From the human T2T-CHM13v2.0 reference genome, Homo sapiens: a stretch of DNA of 64,000 nucleotides. Shown here piece after piece: positions 11,631 through 28,614 of this stretch (position 1 is its first letter; every line of letters starts with the position of its first letter). The notes below the pieces were generated by a model. That model had not been told where the DNA came from, ran no database searches, and worked only from the letters and a program-made list of their open reading frames with translations. The stretch lies in NCBI RefSeq assembly GCF_009914755.1, contig NC_060930.1; one strand, written 5' to 3'. The translations under genes and the position numbers were made by a program.

Positions 11631-12566
11631 TCATTAAAAGTGTGTATATAGGCAGTACATATGGAAAATTGCTACTCTACTCATAACTTTTTTGATTTGC
11701 TATCATGACTAAACAAAACTTAGTGAAATGGTGACTCCCAACAATAAAAGCCTTTAAACACACTTTAAACAAACATAGTGTGTATTGATACTTAAAGTTT
11801 TTAGCATGACAAATGAGTTTGTTTTTTGCCTCTTAATTCGTCTAATCTAGGTTGAATTGATGACAACTCTGCTTGCAGAAGATAATATATATTTAACTGC
11901 TTCTATGTTTTATCAGTATTACATTAATAGTAGAGACAGCATCTTAGAGGATGCTGATATGAATGAAAAAAAGGTCATTCAGTACATGCAGAAATTTTCA
12001 TTTTTAACTGATCAAAATGAAACAAGGGACATTGTATTTTTAAAATTCATAATTACTTGTGCATTAGTAACCAGTTTCAGTAATTTTTCCTGTAGAGTTA
12101 CGGTTAAATTTAAATTAGCTTTTAATGAAAGAAATAAATTTTGGATTATGTACACATTTGGCTTACAGTTGACAAACTAAAATATTCCAAGTTGGAACAT
12201 GGTTCTATTGTGCATAGTACTTCTACATAGCTCACGCCACCAGCAACAGGAGTGTGATGGCCTCTACTCTTTTTACCTAGTTATCTAACACACACAACAA
12301 TTATTACAGCCACGCCAAACTGCTATAAAAGTTTCTAACACCTAATCTCAGTGTGTGCGTTTTTCTTTTTGCAGACAGTGAATAAACAACATTTAGACTG
12401 CACCATTCCACGGATCACAATCCCACCCCACTTCCCAGCTTCTATTGGTCTCTGATTCATCTGCCTGTGTATTTCCTTCATAATCCTTTCTTGTTTTGTC
12501 TTGTAATAATCATTTATCTGTTAATCTTTACATATTAGTTTTCCCCATTAACATGTACTCTCATTA

Positions 12567-12728
12567 GGCTGGGCACAGTGGCTCACACCTGTAACCCCAG
12601 CACTTTGGGAGGCCTAGGTGGGAGGATTGCTTGGGTCCCGGAGATTGAGGCTGCTGTGAGCCATAATTGCACCACTGCACTCTAGGCTGGTCAATGGAGT
12701 GAGACTCTGTCTCAAATAATTTTTTTTA
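12567..12728 (+). mobile_element. Alu monomer (FAM/FRAM-like or recombined AluJ)
   Basis: Left-arm start fused to right-arm end; degenerate TSD gtactctcatta/gtaccttcatta. Confidence 0.75.
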
Positions 12729-12919
12729 AAGTACCTTCATTAGAACAAGGGCAATGTCTATTTTGTCACAATTGTGTTTCTAACACCTTGCATAGGTGCC
12801 TTTCAAGCACATGAAGGACTAATTGAATACTGAATGAATTAATTAGGAATCAGTTTAAAACCACAAACTCAGTCAACAAAGGATGACAATGGTGTGGAAG
12901 AAGGGGTAAAGGGTGGAAA

Positions 12920-13125
12920 CTAACATATGTAAGACTTTATCACATGCCAAGCCTTATGTTAGGTACTTTCCTTTATCTTGTTTCATTCTTAACCTAAACC
13001 TGTGAAACAGATGTTATTATCCCTGTTTTACAGATAAGGGAATTGAGGTTCAGAGAGGTTAAGGAACTTTCACGAGGTCACATAGTAAATGACAGAGTTG
13101 GAATCTGAAGCATTTTGGCTCCAAC
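12920..13125 (-). mobile_element. MIR
   Basis: MIR core: ttattatccctgttttacagataagggaattgaggttcagagaggttaaggaactttcacgaggtcaca. Confidence 0.8.
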
Positions 13126-13521
13126 ACTGACAGCATTTGCTGAGTGATCACATGTGTATAAGACTCTGGGAAGAGGGGTAATGAATCATACACACACACA
13201 CCCACACACAAAAGTAGGAAACATGAAGGAGGAACATTCTTGGATTAGAAAAGGAAAAAATATGGGTTCAGTTTTGGCAGATTGAGTTTTTGATGGAACC
13301 ATTTGCATGGAAATCTGGAATTGGAGTGAAGGTTCTGAGATGAAGATAAAGACCCAGGAATGGAGTTGCTATGATGTGTATAATTGACTTTCAAACACTT
13401 CCACACATATAGTGTGATATTTTATGTAGAATTAGATTAAGCTATAAGCTAGATGCTGCCCATCTCTAATTAAGCATGCACAGTTCAAGAGGAATAGTTG
13501 ACTCTCACTCAAATACCCTGT

Positions 13522-14008
<487 letters not shown>

Positions 14009-14549
14009 TTGTTAGAAACAGGTATTTATTGGTGTAATGAGTGACTTTTAATTATTGCTATGAAATGTGCTTCCAGTGAAAGTTAAGCTACAAACAATGT
14101 GTTAGAAACACTCCCTTTCTATCCCTATGAATGCATGAACAGAGGATAAGAAAGAAGCAAGGCCAAAAGCCTATACTCTCAGGGATGATGCCACAGGTGA
14201 GTGTACACTATGAAACTGGGAGACTCTGATTGTCAGATGCTGATGATAGAGGTGACAGAACCACTACCTCTGGAATCTTGGTATTTCCTCAGGCCTGCAG
14301 AACAGGTTGCACAAATTGTTTCTTTTGTGATTATATTCTAATAAATATTTAGATAATAAATGTTTGATGCATGTAGCAGAATTTGGTCTGGGACTTGCTT
14401 TCATAATCACCAGGTAATGATAGTGGAGTGTAGCTAACTCCCACTTTCCTCAAAACTTCTGCACCTACAGTAATCTACTAAAAAGAACCTAGGAGTTGTA
14501 TTTAGGTCCACTTGCAACAAGAGTTGTCCACATACGGTTGATAAATGAA

Positions 14550-15300
14550 ATAACTCAGGAAGAGTATGAAGAATGAGAAGACCACAGGACAGATACCGGA
14601 AAACAGTCAGTATTTAGAAATCTGGGAGAAAGGAGAGTCCATAAAAAAGACTGAAAAGTAATCAAAAGAAGAGGAGGAGGGGGAGAGCCGAAAGTAAGTT
14701 GTTGCCAAACTAAAGGGCTTAAAAACTTCAAGGTATGGGTAATGAGCAGTTTCAAATTCTTCAGAAAAGTCTAGTAACACCCAGACTGAAATTTTTTTAA
14801 ATCCAGATTTTTAACTATTAGTACTTGGCTGATGACCTCAGTGAGAGCTGAACCAAGGTAAAGGGCAGATGTAAGCACTGAAGCCAGGTTTCAGGACATT
14901 ACATAGTGAACAGGCAGTAAGGAGATGAAAACAATGAGTGGGACTTGAGTACGTAATGGAAGAGAAAGAAGTAAGGCAAAATAGGGCATAAATACAGAAG
15001 TGGCTGCTACTTGCATTTTCTTTTAAGATCAGAGAATCTTGAATATAAGTTGAAGATGCATTTGAAAGAAAATCTAATACGTGGAGCAAGAATTGAAAGC
15101 AGAAAGTAGATGGGCCAAGAAGACAGGTGGGGGAATCAACCGAGAATATGAATAGAGATTTAAGTAAGATTGAGCTGGAGTAGAGTTTTGAGTTCATCCT
15201 GACAGTTTTCAGTTTCACTGCAAGGAGGCAGAGCAGAGGGAGGCTTACTGTGCTAAAATGTAGAGACAGGAAAGAAGCAGCACAAAATAGTAATAAGGAT
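14550..15300 (-). mobile_element. Old L2 fragment
   Basis: Purine-rich degenerate sequence typical of antisense L2; boundaries approximate. Confidence 0.45.
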
Positions 15301-15409
15301 TTGGGATAATGGAGATGAGAAAGCATTTCTTTGAAAAGCTGGATTCCTTGATGCCCTCATTGATTCATCACACTGATTCTGCCCTTTAAAAGAATGCAGA
15401 GACCACAAT

Positions 15410-15600
15410 TTATTTATTTATTATTATTAATTTTGAAAGACAGAGTTTCATTCTGTTTCCCAGGCTGGAGTGTAGCAGTGCAATCTTAGTTCACTGCGGC
15501 CTCAAATTCCCAGACTTAACCAGTCCTCCCCCCTTAGCCTCCCAAGTAGCTGGGACTACAGGCATATGCCACCATACCTGGCTAATTTTTTATTATTTAT
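15410..15600 (-). mobile_element. Alu right arm (FRAM/AluJ)
   Basis: gacagagtttcattctgtttcccaggctggagtgtagcagtgcaatc...gggactacaggcatatgccaccatacctggctaa. Confidence 0.8.
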
Positions 15601-15910
15601 CATTAATAAGGATTTCATAGAGACAACTGATAGAGAACACATTTACTGCCTAAACTGTCTTGCTTTGGATTTCCTGAGCATCCAGCTCCCAACCAAAGGC
15701 AATTATTAATGTGCTGTTTAGTTTGTATCTTTCCAAAAGTGATAAAAATCTAAATCTTTATAAGATCAATGGTTATAGCAGTATAAACACTACTAAATCA
15801 TAAACATTTATACCTTATCATAATAATATATCATTTATTTAATAAATAAATATATATATATCTATTTATCTAATATATATAATACATATAAATTTATTCC
15901 TATAAATTTC

Positions 15911-16211
<301 letters not shown>

Positions 16212-18760
16212 TAAATTAGTGAAAAAGTTATTTCTATCTACAGCATAGAATTATAAATTCTCACTATCTTTGATCAGAAGGGAACTCAGAAATAAGCAGG
16301 CCAAATGTCATTTTATTTATTTTTTGTCATCATAAAATAAAGCACTTCTTGGAAAATACTAATACGTGTACTGTGCTTGAAATATTTGAAGGATATTCTA
16401 GAGTTGTATTAAAGTCTGTTGCCTACAACAGAATTTTATGTTTGGGACACATTTAGAATCTATGTATCATCTTTGGAAAAAGATCTGAATATATGTTTCT
16501 TATGTTTACTCCAGCAGAATACTGCCATAATACCTTCAGATCTTTCCTCTCTTGGAGAGGCACTGTGTCCTTAGCTGCTACTCAGCATCCTGTTTATAGC
16601 TGACATCCTTATGAACCTGGAGGTATTGTGCTTCCCACATCACAGCAGCAGACACGTGTGCATGCCCTAACATCCTGTATGAAAAGCATTTGAGTTTCTA
16701 ACATCACAACACTATGTTCTGCAAATCTGTGGGAGAATTCTCTCAAAGGAGTTCAAACAAATATCCATCACACCTTTTTGAAGTTCATAAAAACCTTTTT
16801 GATTTTCAAAGACTTTCCCAATAAAGAAACAATAGAGGCTAGAATTTTCACACAATCATTTGACTAGAGTTTGTTAGAGGTAGACTAACACAATAATTGT
16901 TTTGCCATAACTTAACATTTACACCAGTTAATTGTCTTTATTGGAGAGTTGAAAAGAATGCAAAAACAACAACAACAACAAAATGGAAGGGCAATGATCT
17001 AATTTTATTGTTTTTCATTTCCTTCAAGCGAAGTGTAGAAACCCCTATGTTCATTTAGGGGGAGGAAACAAAAAAGATGAACGTAAATATCCTGGAAATG
17101 TTTTTCAACACAAATTACAGAAATATCATCAAAAACTACTACACTATATCCACAAACTCTCACAGATTTCCTGCACTGACTCCAATACAAGGACAAGTTG
17201 TTTCTAACCCATACTTTTGACATACAAAAGAAGTAGTTAACACCTTCAGTAAATTATAACTTATTTTGGGCTCCTTAAACCAAGAAACTAAATGAGATTG
17301 TGACTCTGATAATATGCCTTTACTAAAGCATTGTTTGCAACTTCTTCCCTCTAAGTATCGGGTCCTAGAAAGAAACATGAAGCCACAGACCTGCAATGAG
17401 AGGAAATAAGTCATCGTTACTCTAAAATTAAAGTACCTATTCCTGCTTTACAGTTTATCAGATGTTTGGTCCGGATGCTGATTGTTTTAAAACTTTGTCT
17501 AAACAAAGTATGTTTCCTAAAGGATATTAGCAAACCAATTGCTTGCCTCTAGTGACAACGTACTAAATTTTATTAACATAGGAAAGATAAATGAGTAAAC
17601 AGACACAGTGCTAGTCAGTATGCGTTTTTCCCAAGAAAGCTAAAGTCAGGAAAGAATATAACTTATACTCTTTACTGTAACTTATTAATTATCAGTCATA
17701 ACCAAGATCTACCTAGTGCTAAGTTCTTGGAAGTGAGAAACACTACCTTCCTGATAGGAAGCATAAAATTACCTTTTTTTTTCCTAGTTCCTGATAAGAT
17801 TATGTATCAGTGGCCAAAATCTTATGAACTTGATCAAATGAATTTCAGAATGTTCACTAATGTTCACTCATTCTCTCAGTACCCTGTACCCTATCACTTC
17901 TTACACATACTTGTGGTTTGATTTTCTTAGCGAAGAACAACTTTTAGCGATGGAAACTTGTCTAAGCCACGATGTTTATTTTCTCAAGTTTTTTTTTTGT
18001 TGTTGTAAATTGAAAAGGAATCCACTTTTCTGGATTGAAGTTTTTGCCTTTGGGGATTACAACAGCTTTGCTCTATTTTTTTCCTTTTAATTTTTAAGTT
18101 CCCCATACTTTCAGCCTCTTCCTGAATAAAGAATAATTATCTGACTGAAATTTATTTTCAGCACACGACCAAAACAGAAATCTTTTGAAGAAGCTCAAAA
18201 TAACACAGGAAATACTGATGGCTAATAGCTCAGACTCCTACAGCTATTTAGATTTGCAGAAGAAAATTAAATCAATCAGTGTGTGTAGTAAGGGCTTTTA
18301 AGATATTTTTAATGAAATAGAAATTAGCCGATCCATTAGGTAAACACGGCAATCTGGAATGTATTTAGGTAAATTGGAGATGGAGATTAGTTCATAGGTC
18401 AGGAAAACACCATTAGTATTTTGGAGTTGTCTTGAGGAAATGTGTCTTTCAAAGCACTGATTGTGCAATGGCAGCTGAGTCACTTAGGAAATTATGAGCC
18501 TGAATCCTGTGAGATGCCATCAGGTCCAATAAATATTATGCTTTTCTTCTCCCATCTCTTTCAACGCATCTGCATAATCTTGGTTTGAAGGTCATCCAGC
18601 TGTACTATGAGTAACCTTTGCTAATCTTTCCTATGAATAATTTTAGTTTTCCTCTTTTTAGTTAATAATCCATGCAGAATTTTGGTTTTTTGTTCACTCT
18701 GGTTTACTGTATCGTCTGATGAGGCAATGGTCACACAACTTACAATTTAAGAGTTTCAAA

Positions 18761-19980
<1,220 letters not shown>

Positions 19981-20931
19981 AAAGTTTCAAAAAAAGAAAA
20001 AGAGAGAGAGAGAGAGTGTGTGTGGGTGTGTTTTCATTCATTCAATTATCCTGGCTGCTAAAATAAGCTAGGAGTAGCTATAAGTCATTGTAGTCAGGAA
20101 AATATCTTTTTCTTACAAGGGTATGAAATGGTTTACAGTATGATTTTTGAAGCATTAATAGTTGATAAGATTTATATAAATGGTATCATACACAGAAGGC
20201 AAATGTTTTTAAATATTTTTTAAGTGGGACTAATGTTGTAGTATGAGAAAAAGAGCCCGAACTGTTAGGCAAAAAAGAGAAAAATGTCTGCAGAATTGTT
20301 AACATACAGTTCTCAGGCTACTTGGAAAACGCCTCTCACTTTGAAACGTAGTTTATGACTAAATAGTCTTTTTTCCTTTTTTATTTTTTTAACTTAACTA
20401 GAATTTAGGTTGAGTTCTAGTACTGAATAAAACAACTCAGATCGGTTTTTAATATTTCTTGTTTTATTTGATACTTTAACCATAATACTGGCCTTTGATA
20501 TTAGGCTTTAAGCCCTTCATCTAGACTCCGTCATAATGCTAACAGGCAAAAGGTTGATTCTTACACATGCCATCCAGTCAACTGCTAAGCAATTACTAAA
20601 TACCTGTTGTGCATACTGCATTAACGCCTTGAAAATTGTGTGTAAAGGAAGTAAAAGACACTGTCCTATCTTTGAGGAATTGCTAAACTCTTTGGCATGA
20701 AATAATGAGTGGCTTTTATTGCCTCTTCTTCCTCCAACCAGCTCTTAAATACTGCTTATATTTACTTCATTTTTGCCAGCATCTTCTGTGAGCATTTGTA
20801 TCATTTCCCACCAAGACCAGTGCCGTGGGCTCCAATTACCACATGTAAGCTAGCGTGTCCAAAATTTCTGTTTCTGGTCCCAAAACCTTGCTCAAACATC
20901 AGAGTTACACTTTCTTTTGTTTTCTGGATAA

Positions 20932-21333
<402 letters not shown>

Positions 21334-21399
21334 ATCTTCTGCTTTTTAAAAGTCTGTTAGTGGCTCACAAAATCAGGGAATTTGGAATTCTCCTTCTCA

Positions 21400-22200
21400 C
21401 TCACATCATCATTAAGATCTGCCCAGTCTCCCTCCAAATATCTCTCTATTAAAGTTCCAGAGCAGTTAAGTTTATGTTAACTGCTAGGGTAGCCTTACTT
21501 AACTGGTCTCTCTTCTAGTAGCTTCCCTCTTCCATTCACCAATCTGTATTATTTTTCTAAAATTCATATGTGATTACTCCTGTAACTCTCATGGTAAAAA
21601 GGAAAAAAAAAAGAAACCTTTAATGGTTCCCATATGCCTACAGAAAATATCCCAAAATCTTTATCATATTATAAAGTATCTTTTCTGCCTAGCAACGATC
21701 TGTACTTCCAACCACTTTTCCTAGTCTCTCTTTTCCCAAAGGCTTTCCCTGCTTCCACACTACAGAGTCTCAATTTTTGGAGCACCTTAGAATTATGTGC
21801 AGTTTTATAAAAATGCAGATTCCAAGACTCTAGAACCAGAATCTCTTTAGCAGAGCATGTGAACCACTCATTTTTACTATTAACCTGCCCTAGAATTCCC
21901 TCACAGAGCTCATCCCCCACCCTACTTGTTGTTCCAGCAAATTTCCACTTATGCTTTAAGGTCTTGCTTGTTTTTTTTCTACATAACTCACACAGTAGAA
22001 ATCACTCTAAGTCATTCTGCTTATGGAACTCTAAATGTTATTCAAATATATAGATTTATAAATTATTCTTGTTAAAACCACACTTCTCATTCCCCCTCCT
22101 CTTTTATGTTTCCCCATAATATTTAGTGTCATCTGACGTGTTATATATTTTACTTATTTATTTTCTTATGTTTGTCTCCTGCCACGAGAATGTACACTTC
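21400..22200 (+). mobile_element. L2 fragments
   Basis: Pyrimidine-rich L2-like motifs (aactggtctctcttctagt...ttccctcttccattc; tgtttgtctcctgccacgagaatgta); boundaries approximate. Confidence 0.45.
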
Positions 22201-22484
22201 AGTAGATAGAGATTTTCAACTCCTTATTCAATGACAAATGTCAAACATACAAAAAAGTTTAAAGTTTTGTACAATGAACCATCTTATGAACCCTCATCAT
22301 GCAGAGTCAATAATTGCTAACATGTTGTCACTATTTGCTTCATCTATCTATCCAGAAATAGATATAGCTGCAAACTCTCCCATTTTATAAAATAAGTACA
22401 GATAATACCTTCTAATTATGTGCAATTTTTTCACAAATACAACCACTTATTCACAAAGGAGAACTCAAAAAAGATTTAAGAGTT

Positions 22485-22612
22485 TGGGTTTTTGTTTCTT
22501 TGCTTTTTAAATAGAGACAGTCCAGGCTGGTCTCGAACTCTTGACCTCAAGCAATTCCCCTGCCTTGGCCTCCCCAAAGTGCTGGTATTACAGACAAGCC
22601 ACCAGACCGGGA
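22485..22612 (-). mobile_element. FLAM
   Basis: ccaggctggtctcgaactcttgacctcaagcaat...aaagtgctggtattacag. Confidence 0.75.
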
Positions 22613-23749
22613 CAAAAGGGTTAATTTGAATGTGTTTCTTCTGTTGAAGAAGACTATAAACTCTAGGAAACAAACATTTCTTTCCTGAATCATTTGATAG
22701 TAAATTGTATACTTCTTGAGAGTTCTTTCCTAAATACTTCATCATGTATTTCTTAGGAATAACATTTTCTATATAACCACAACAATTTTGACACCTAGAA
22801 AATCAAAATAACCCCTTCCTCCATTATCAAATTTTCCTAATTTTCAATCATTAAGATTTCTGTATGTTTTTTCTCTGCTATATTCCCAACAGCCTGAACA
22901 GTCATTGGCTCATAGTAAGTCTTAAATAAATAATTTTTAAATTGGTAGATCTGTATCTCTGATTAAACTGAGTTTCTTGAAGGCAGAAACTATGACCTTT
23001 TTGTCCCAAGTCCCTAGCATAGTGCCTGGTATATGGTAGGAGCTTCATTAAATGTTTGTATAATTTAACTGACAGGAAGGACACATTGTATTAATTATAG
23101 TTATAAGAGTTGAGGTGACATAGAATTAAGGCATAATCAGAGAGGAAATAATTCAGGAAAAGAAAAGGAAGCTGATGTTTCTGAGAAGAATTTACATCCA
23201 AGTCTTAAAGGAAATGGTGTCATCCAGCATGGCACAGAGGAAATCTCTTTTCCACAGATACAGATAATCTTTTCTGACTTCTTACAAATAAGAGAAGATC
23301 TTTGTCACAAAGGAGAACCTGTGAGACAGAAAGAAGGCTCAGTTTCTGTCACTACTGTTGAAGACAGCTACTCAAGACCATGAAATAAGTAACATTGTCA
23401 TGGACAAAAGATGGCAACATTTTCAGAATATATTGTATCAAACCATATAGCATAACCTAAAATTAAAATATGCTATTGATTTTGATTTTCTTTAATCGAT
23501 TTCTTTATAATATCCAATTACATGAGTTTTTTGTTTGTTTTTTTTATGTTTTGTGGATCCTACGCTGAACTAGGAGGCAGAAAAAAATCTAGGATGTAAC
23601 TCTGGTCCTGCCTACGGAAAGATGGGTAGCTTTCTGTCATCACTGCTCTGGGTCTTGGTTTCTTCTTTTTTAAAATAAAGAAGCTGAATTGGAATCAATA
23701 GTTTATAAACTGTATTACTAATAAAACCCTTTTTATGCTGCAATTTTTT

Positions 23750-26700
23750 ATGGGTCATGTTGTCAAAATTCAAAATGAAAAAAAAGACAAGTGAAAAGTA
23801 TTGCTCCTACTCCTGAACCTCAACAATCTAGTCCCACATGTTGAATACACTAAAGCTCCCAATTTTTTTGTGTAGTTTCTGAGGGACATTGTAAGTATAA
23901 ATAGAAAATGTATTTATAAAATATATATGCATATTTTGTTTTTTAATGAAAATGAGGGGTAGGTTATTCATACCATTCTATGCTCTGCTTTTTACATTTC
24001 ACGACATATCTTGGAAATTCTGTCAGTATGTAGATTACCCATCTTCTTTTGAAGTTGCATAATATTCCATCCACAACTATTTATTTTGCCAGTTCCCTAT
24101 GAGTAGACACATTGTTTCAATCTTTTGTAATTATAAATGATACTTCAATGAATAATGTGTATATAAATCATTTACAGAACTATATTTGTAGAATAGAGCC
24201 CCAGAATTGGAACTGCTGGATTAAATAATATGTGCATTTATAATTTTTATTCTTGACAAATAGAGGTTTTTTCAATTTATATTCTCCGTAGAAATGTAAA
24301 AAAAAATACAAAACCTCATGTTTCCCCATACTTGTGCCTATAAAGTATGCAATGAAACATTTTTACATGTACATTTTAAGTAAAACATAAAATATCAGTT
24401 CTATTTTAATTTTCATTTCACTAATGAGTCCCTATATACATATGCATATATAAATATATATTTCTATGTAATTTTTCTTTTTTATTTGAATCATACTAAA
24501 TTTATAGACTATGCTTCAGTGACAAGTAACATATTTGATGTTGCGTTTTATTATCTAAGTATGCAATATATTTTTTATTAATTTATTTTTTGCATGTTTC
24601 GATAAAACATTTTTATTTGTATATTTTGTTAAGTAAAACATAAAATATCAGTTCTATTTTAATTTTCATTTCACTAATAATGAGCTGAGTCCCTGTATAC
24701 ATATATATATATATACATTTCTATTTAAAATTCTTCTTTTTTATTTCAACCATACTAGATTTATAGACTATGCCTCAGTGACAAGTAACATATTCGATGT
24801 TGAGTTTTATTATCTAAGTGTGCCATATATTTTTCTATTAATTAATGTATTTTTTGAGTCTCCCAATAGTGATTTAAAGTTTTCTTCATATTAATCTTAC
24901 ACATATCATGTACAGTATATTCCTAGGTATTTACTCTGTTTTGATGGCATTGAAATAGGGTCTCCTCTAAAATATATTTCTAATTGTTGTCTAAACAACA
25001 CATACACACACGCAGAGTACTATTTTTCAGTTTTCTGTAAACCATGTGTTCCTATCCTTTAAAGATTTTTCTGTCAGAATGTTGTTGATTTTAAATTATT
25101 TTAAATACTCTTTATATGTTGAAAATATTAACCATTTTTTTTAGTGCCCAATATTTTTCTTCAGTTGGTTATTTTCTTTAGACTTTTTATATAATGGGGT
25201 CTGTCTAACTTCATTAAATTACTCTAACTTTTATTATTTTACTCTTTAATATCTTTTTGGTATTATATTAGAAAGATCTTCCCCATTTCAAGAATATTTT
25301 AAAAACTCCTTCATGATTTCTTCTGTAGTAAATTTCCACAGTACTTCATGTGAAAATATTATCTTCAACATAATATGATTGACAATGGGTTACCACCTTC
25401 ACACAGCCTCATTTTCAAACAGAGATTCACTGAATTTCTTATTCCAAGTTAATGTCAGTTGAAGCACGAAGAAGATAATAAAGCTAGGGAAGAGAATAGC
25501 AGGCAGCTCTGTCTGTGGAAATATTCTCTGCTTCCAGTCTCCCCAGAGGGAGCTGACAAAATGGTTCAAATATGTTCCAGCATCTTGGAATTGCTGCTGC
25601 CAAACATAAACCAGGAATCCTCCCCATCGATATTTAGGTGGACATGAACAACTGCCATGAGGGAGCGACAAACTGTAACCAGCTCTGGGTATGGATAGTA
25701 AAGCTGAAATCCCAGAACTAAAATGTAGCCAACTAGTTACCCAAGCTCGCTGCTGTTTGGGTCATTTCATTAACCACACAGTAATGCACATTTTAAACAA
25801 CTTAAACAATTGAATTTAAACAATCGAATTTTGATATCCCATTTATTTTATGGTGGGGATATTGTGGTATGTTGTGGTTTTTTTTTCAACTTTTCAAACT
25901 ATAAAACGTCAGGAATACATTGGTATATAAAGTATGAAGTCTGCAGGAACTTGACCTTTTTCAGATGGATACCAAATGTTCCTAATATTATTTATACCTA
26001 GGAATAATGTTCCCCATTGATACAAAATGCCACTACTATCATCTGCTATACAAAGTATGTAATAAATATACACAATTTTTTTCTGGACTTCCTACTTTTT
26101 CCATTGACATGTCTAGTCACATGACTGTCACATTGTTTTAGTCCTTGTAACTTTGTAAGCATTCTAATATCTTGTGGATTATTAACAACCCCCACTACCA
26201 ATTCTATTTTTCCCCTGTTACATTTTATTTTTTTGTATTTTTCAGAAAACTTGAGAAACATCTTGTCCAGTTTCAATTCCTATTTCTTATGTGAATCATA
26301 CTGAATTTATGAATTATACCTTAGTGAAAAGTGATATGATTGATGTTTCATTTTATTATCTAAGTACATAATATGTTTTGTTAATATTTGTGGAGGTTCT
26401 TCAATAGAGATTTAAAGTTTTCTTCATATCCATCTTATACATAGCACATAAACTTTATTTTTAGAGATTTAATCTTTTCTAATGGTGCTAAATAGTCTTT
26501 TCTAAAATGTTTCTAATTGTTTTCTGAATGACAACCTGATTTTGTTCCAGAAAACTTACTGATTTTCTTTATTGCTTTTAAAGCTGTTTGTTTTTGTGTT
26601 TTAGCAATTCTCCTGAACATTCCAGAAAGACAATCAAATTATCTACAAATATTGGTAGCTTTATTTTCTCCTTTCTAATATTTATAACTCTAATTTCTTC

Positions 26701-27320
26701 CTTTTGTCTAATAGGCTAGGACATCCAGTTTGATATTAAATAATGACAGTTATAGTGGATATTCCTGACTTTAATGCAACTTGGTCTAGTGCTTCACCAT
26801 TAAGCATAATCCTGGTATTGGTGCTGAAGCAGATATATTTTATTATGTCATAAAAGTATCCATCTATTTCTATCTTAAATTTTTTTATCAAAAATGAAAT
26901 TTGAGTGTTATACAATATTTTGTATTATCTTTGAGGATACTAAAAATGCTTCCTCTTTTAGAATTAGTTTTAGTAAATTATATCTTCCCCCAAAGTTATC
27001 ACTTTAATCTAGATTTTCAAATTTATTTACATGGAATTGAGAATTGAACAAAGTAATCTCATAAGATTGCTTGCATGTCCTTTTTGTCTGTGATTATTTT
27101 CTAGAACTTTCTTATTTAGAATATGTGTGCTTTTTTTTCCCTCTTGATTGAATTATATACAAGTGTATCTACTTAATTTTTTTCCCCAAAGAACTAACAA
27201 ACCAATCAGTTGTACCAAATCTTCTGATTCCTAATTACCAATCCACCGCTCACCCTCCACTTTTTTACATTAATGTCTTTCCTATGCTTTCTATTGGTTT
27301 ATTTGCTGCTTTCCTAGGCC
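23750..27320 (-). mobile_element. Old L1ME-type fragments (antisense) with internal duplications and an unassigned insert
   Basis: T-rich antisense L1 motifs (agaattggaactgctggatt; ctaggacatccagtttgatattaaataatgacagttatagtggatattcctgactttaat; agttttagtaaattatatcttccc). Confidence 0.65.
24355..24860. repeat. About 253-bp tandem duplication within L1ME
   Basis: aagtaaaacataaaatatcagttctattttaattttcatttcactaat occurs at 24378 and 24631; downstream blocks are also paired. Confidence 0.9.
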
Positions 27321-28614
27321 CATAATGTCCTCCTTTCCTTGTCCCTGATAATATTCTACTCACATTTCTGTAGCTCAGTTCAGAAAATAGCTTCTCTGAC
27401 CCCTTCATCAGAGGCAGTCATGCCTCTTCTTTGTTTACATAGCATCTGTGCACATTTAATCTGCAGCATCTTTTATATTTTATCTTAATTTTCTCTATAA
27501 CTACTTGAGGCCAAGAGCTGTATCTTAACTTCTCTAACATACTGCTTGTAATATAGTAGGTCTCAAGAAATGTTCAATAATGAATCAAAAATATAATAAT
27601 CTCAATGGGTGTGTATAATGCTTACCTTTCTTATTCGTTATTTTGATCTACAGCTAGAATCTTTACTTATGTAACTGAAAATTCAATGAAATGAATTAGA
27701 GCCAATGGACAGTGAAGATCATTGTTCTCAGAGAAGTTCTTCATGTTATGGATCCGTGACTCCTTAATACATTTTCCTACTTTTGAAGAAATTGAACTGA
27801 ATTTATTCTATTTATATAACAGGAAAGATGCCAAACTGTGGATCTGCTTATTCAAAGTGACTGAATTTTGTCAGGCTATTTATCAACAAATAAAGTATTT
27901 GTAATTATGAACTCTCTTTGGACCAATTTTCTTTAAATATATTTTTATATTTAAGGCCATTATTTGCTGCAAGTGAATCAGACTCCACCACTGATCTGAT
28001 TTAATATATTTCATAAAAACTTCTCTGTCCCTAGTCTACCTTTTTAAATTCAGCTCATTGAAGGCCCCAAATGTAGTTTGAGATAAATTCCTTTGACTAA
28101 AAATTACTTTTGTCTCTCAAAATGGAAAGCTTTTGGAAAATAACACACACTATCAAATAATTAAAAAATAAATAGATAATCTACTTTATACAAATTCTTT
28201 AATTATTAAATTTATTCAACTCTTTCCATAGAGTCTCTGGTTAGCTGGGTCTTAAGAAAGGAAAATTAAACAGCTTATTGAGCAAAAGAGATTGGAAAAG
28301 GAAAAGCTGAGGGCATGAAAGTTTTCTTAACCTACATATTTGCTCATCACTATCATTTTTAGCCCTATAGAGCAAGCATTGCATTAATGTAAAGTCCAGG
28401 ACATCCAGGACATGTTGCTTAATACTCAAAAACCAGTATGTCATCTATTTACTCAAATTGACAAATATTTATTAAATGGCTACTGTGTGTCAGGCACTGT
28501 TTTAAGTGCTTGAGATACATCTATGAACCAAACATATTTTTATTCATGTCCTGTTGGAGCTCATATTTTACTGGGAAAAGTCAAATAATAAATAGTAATG
28601 ATAAACAAATTATA

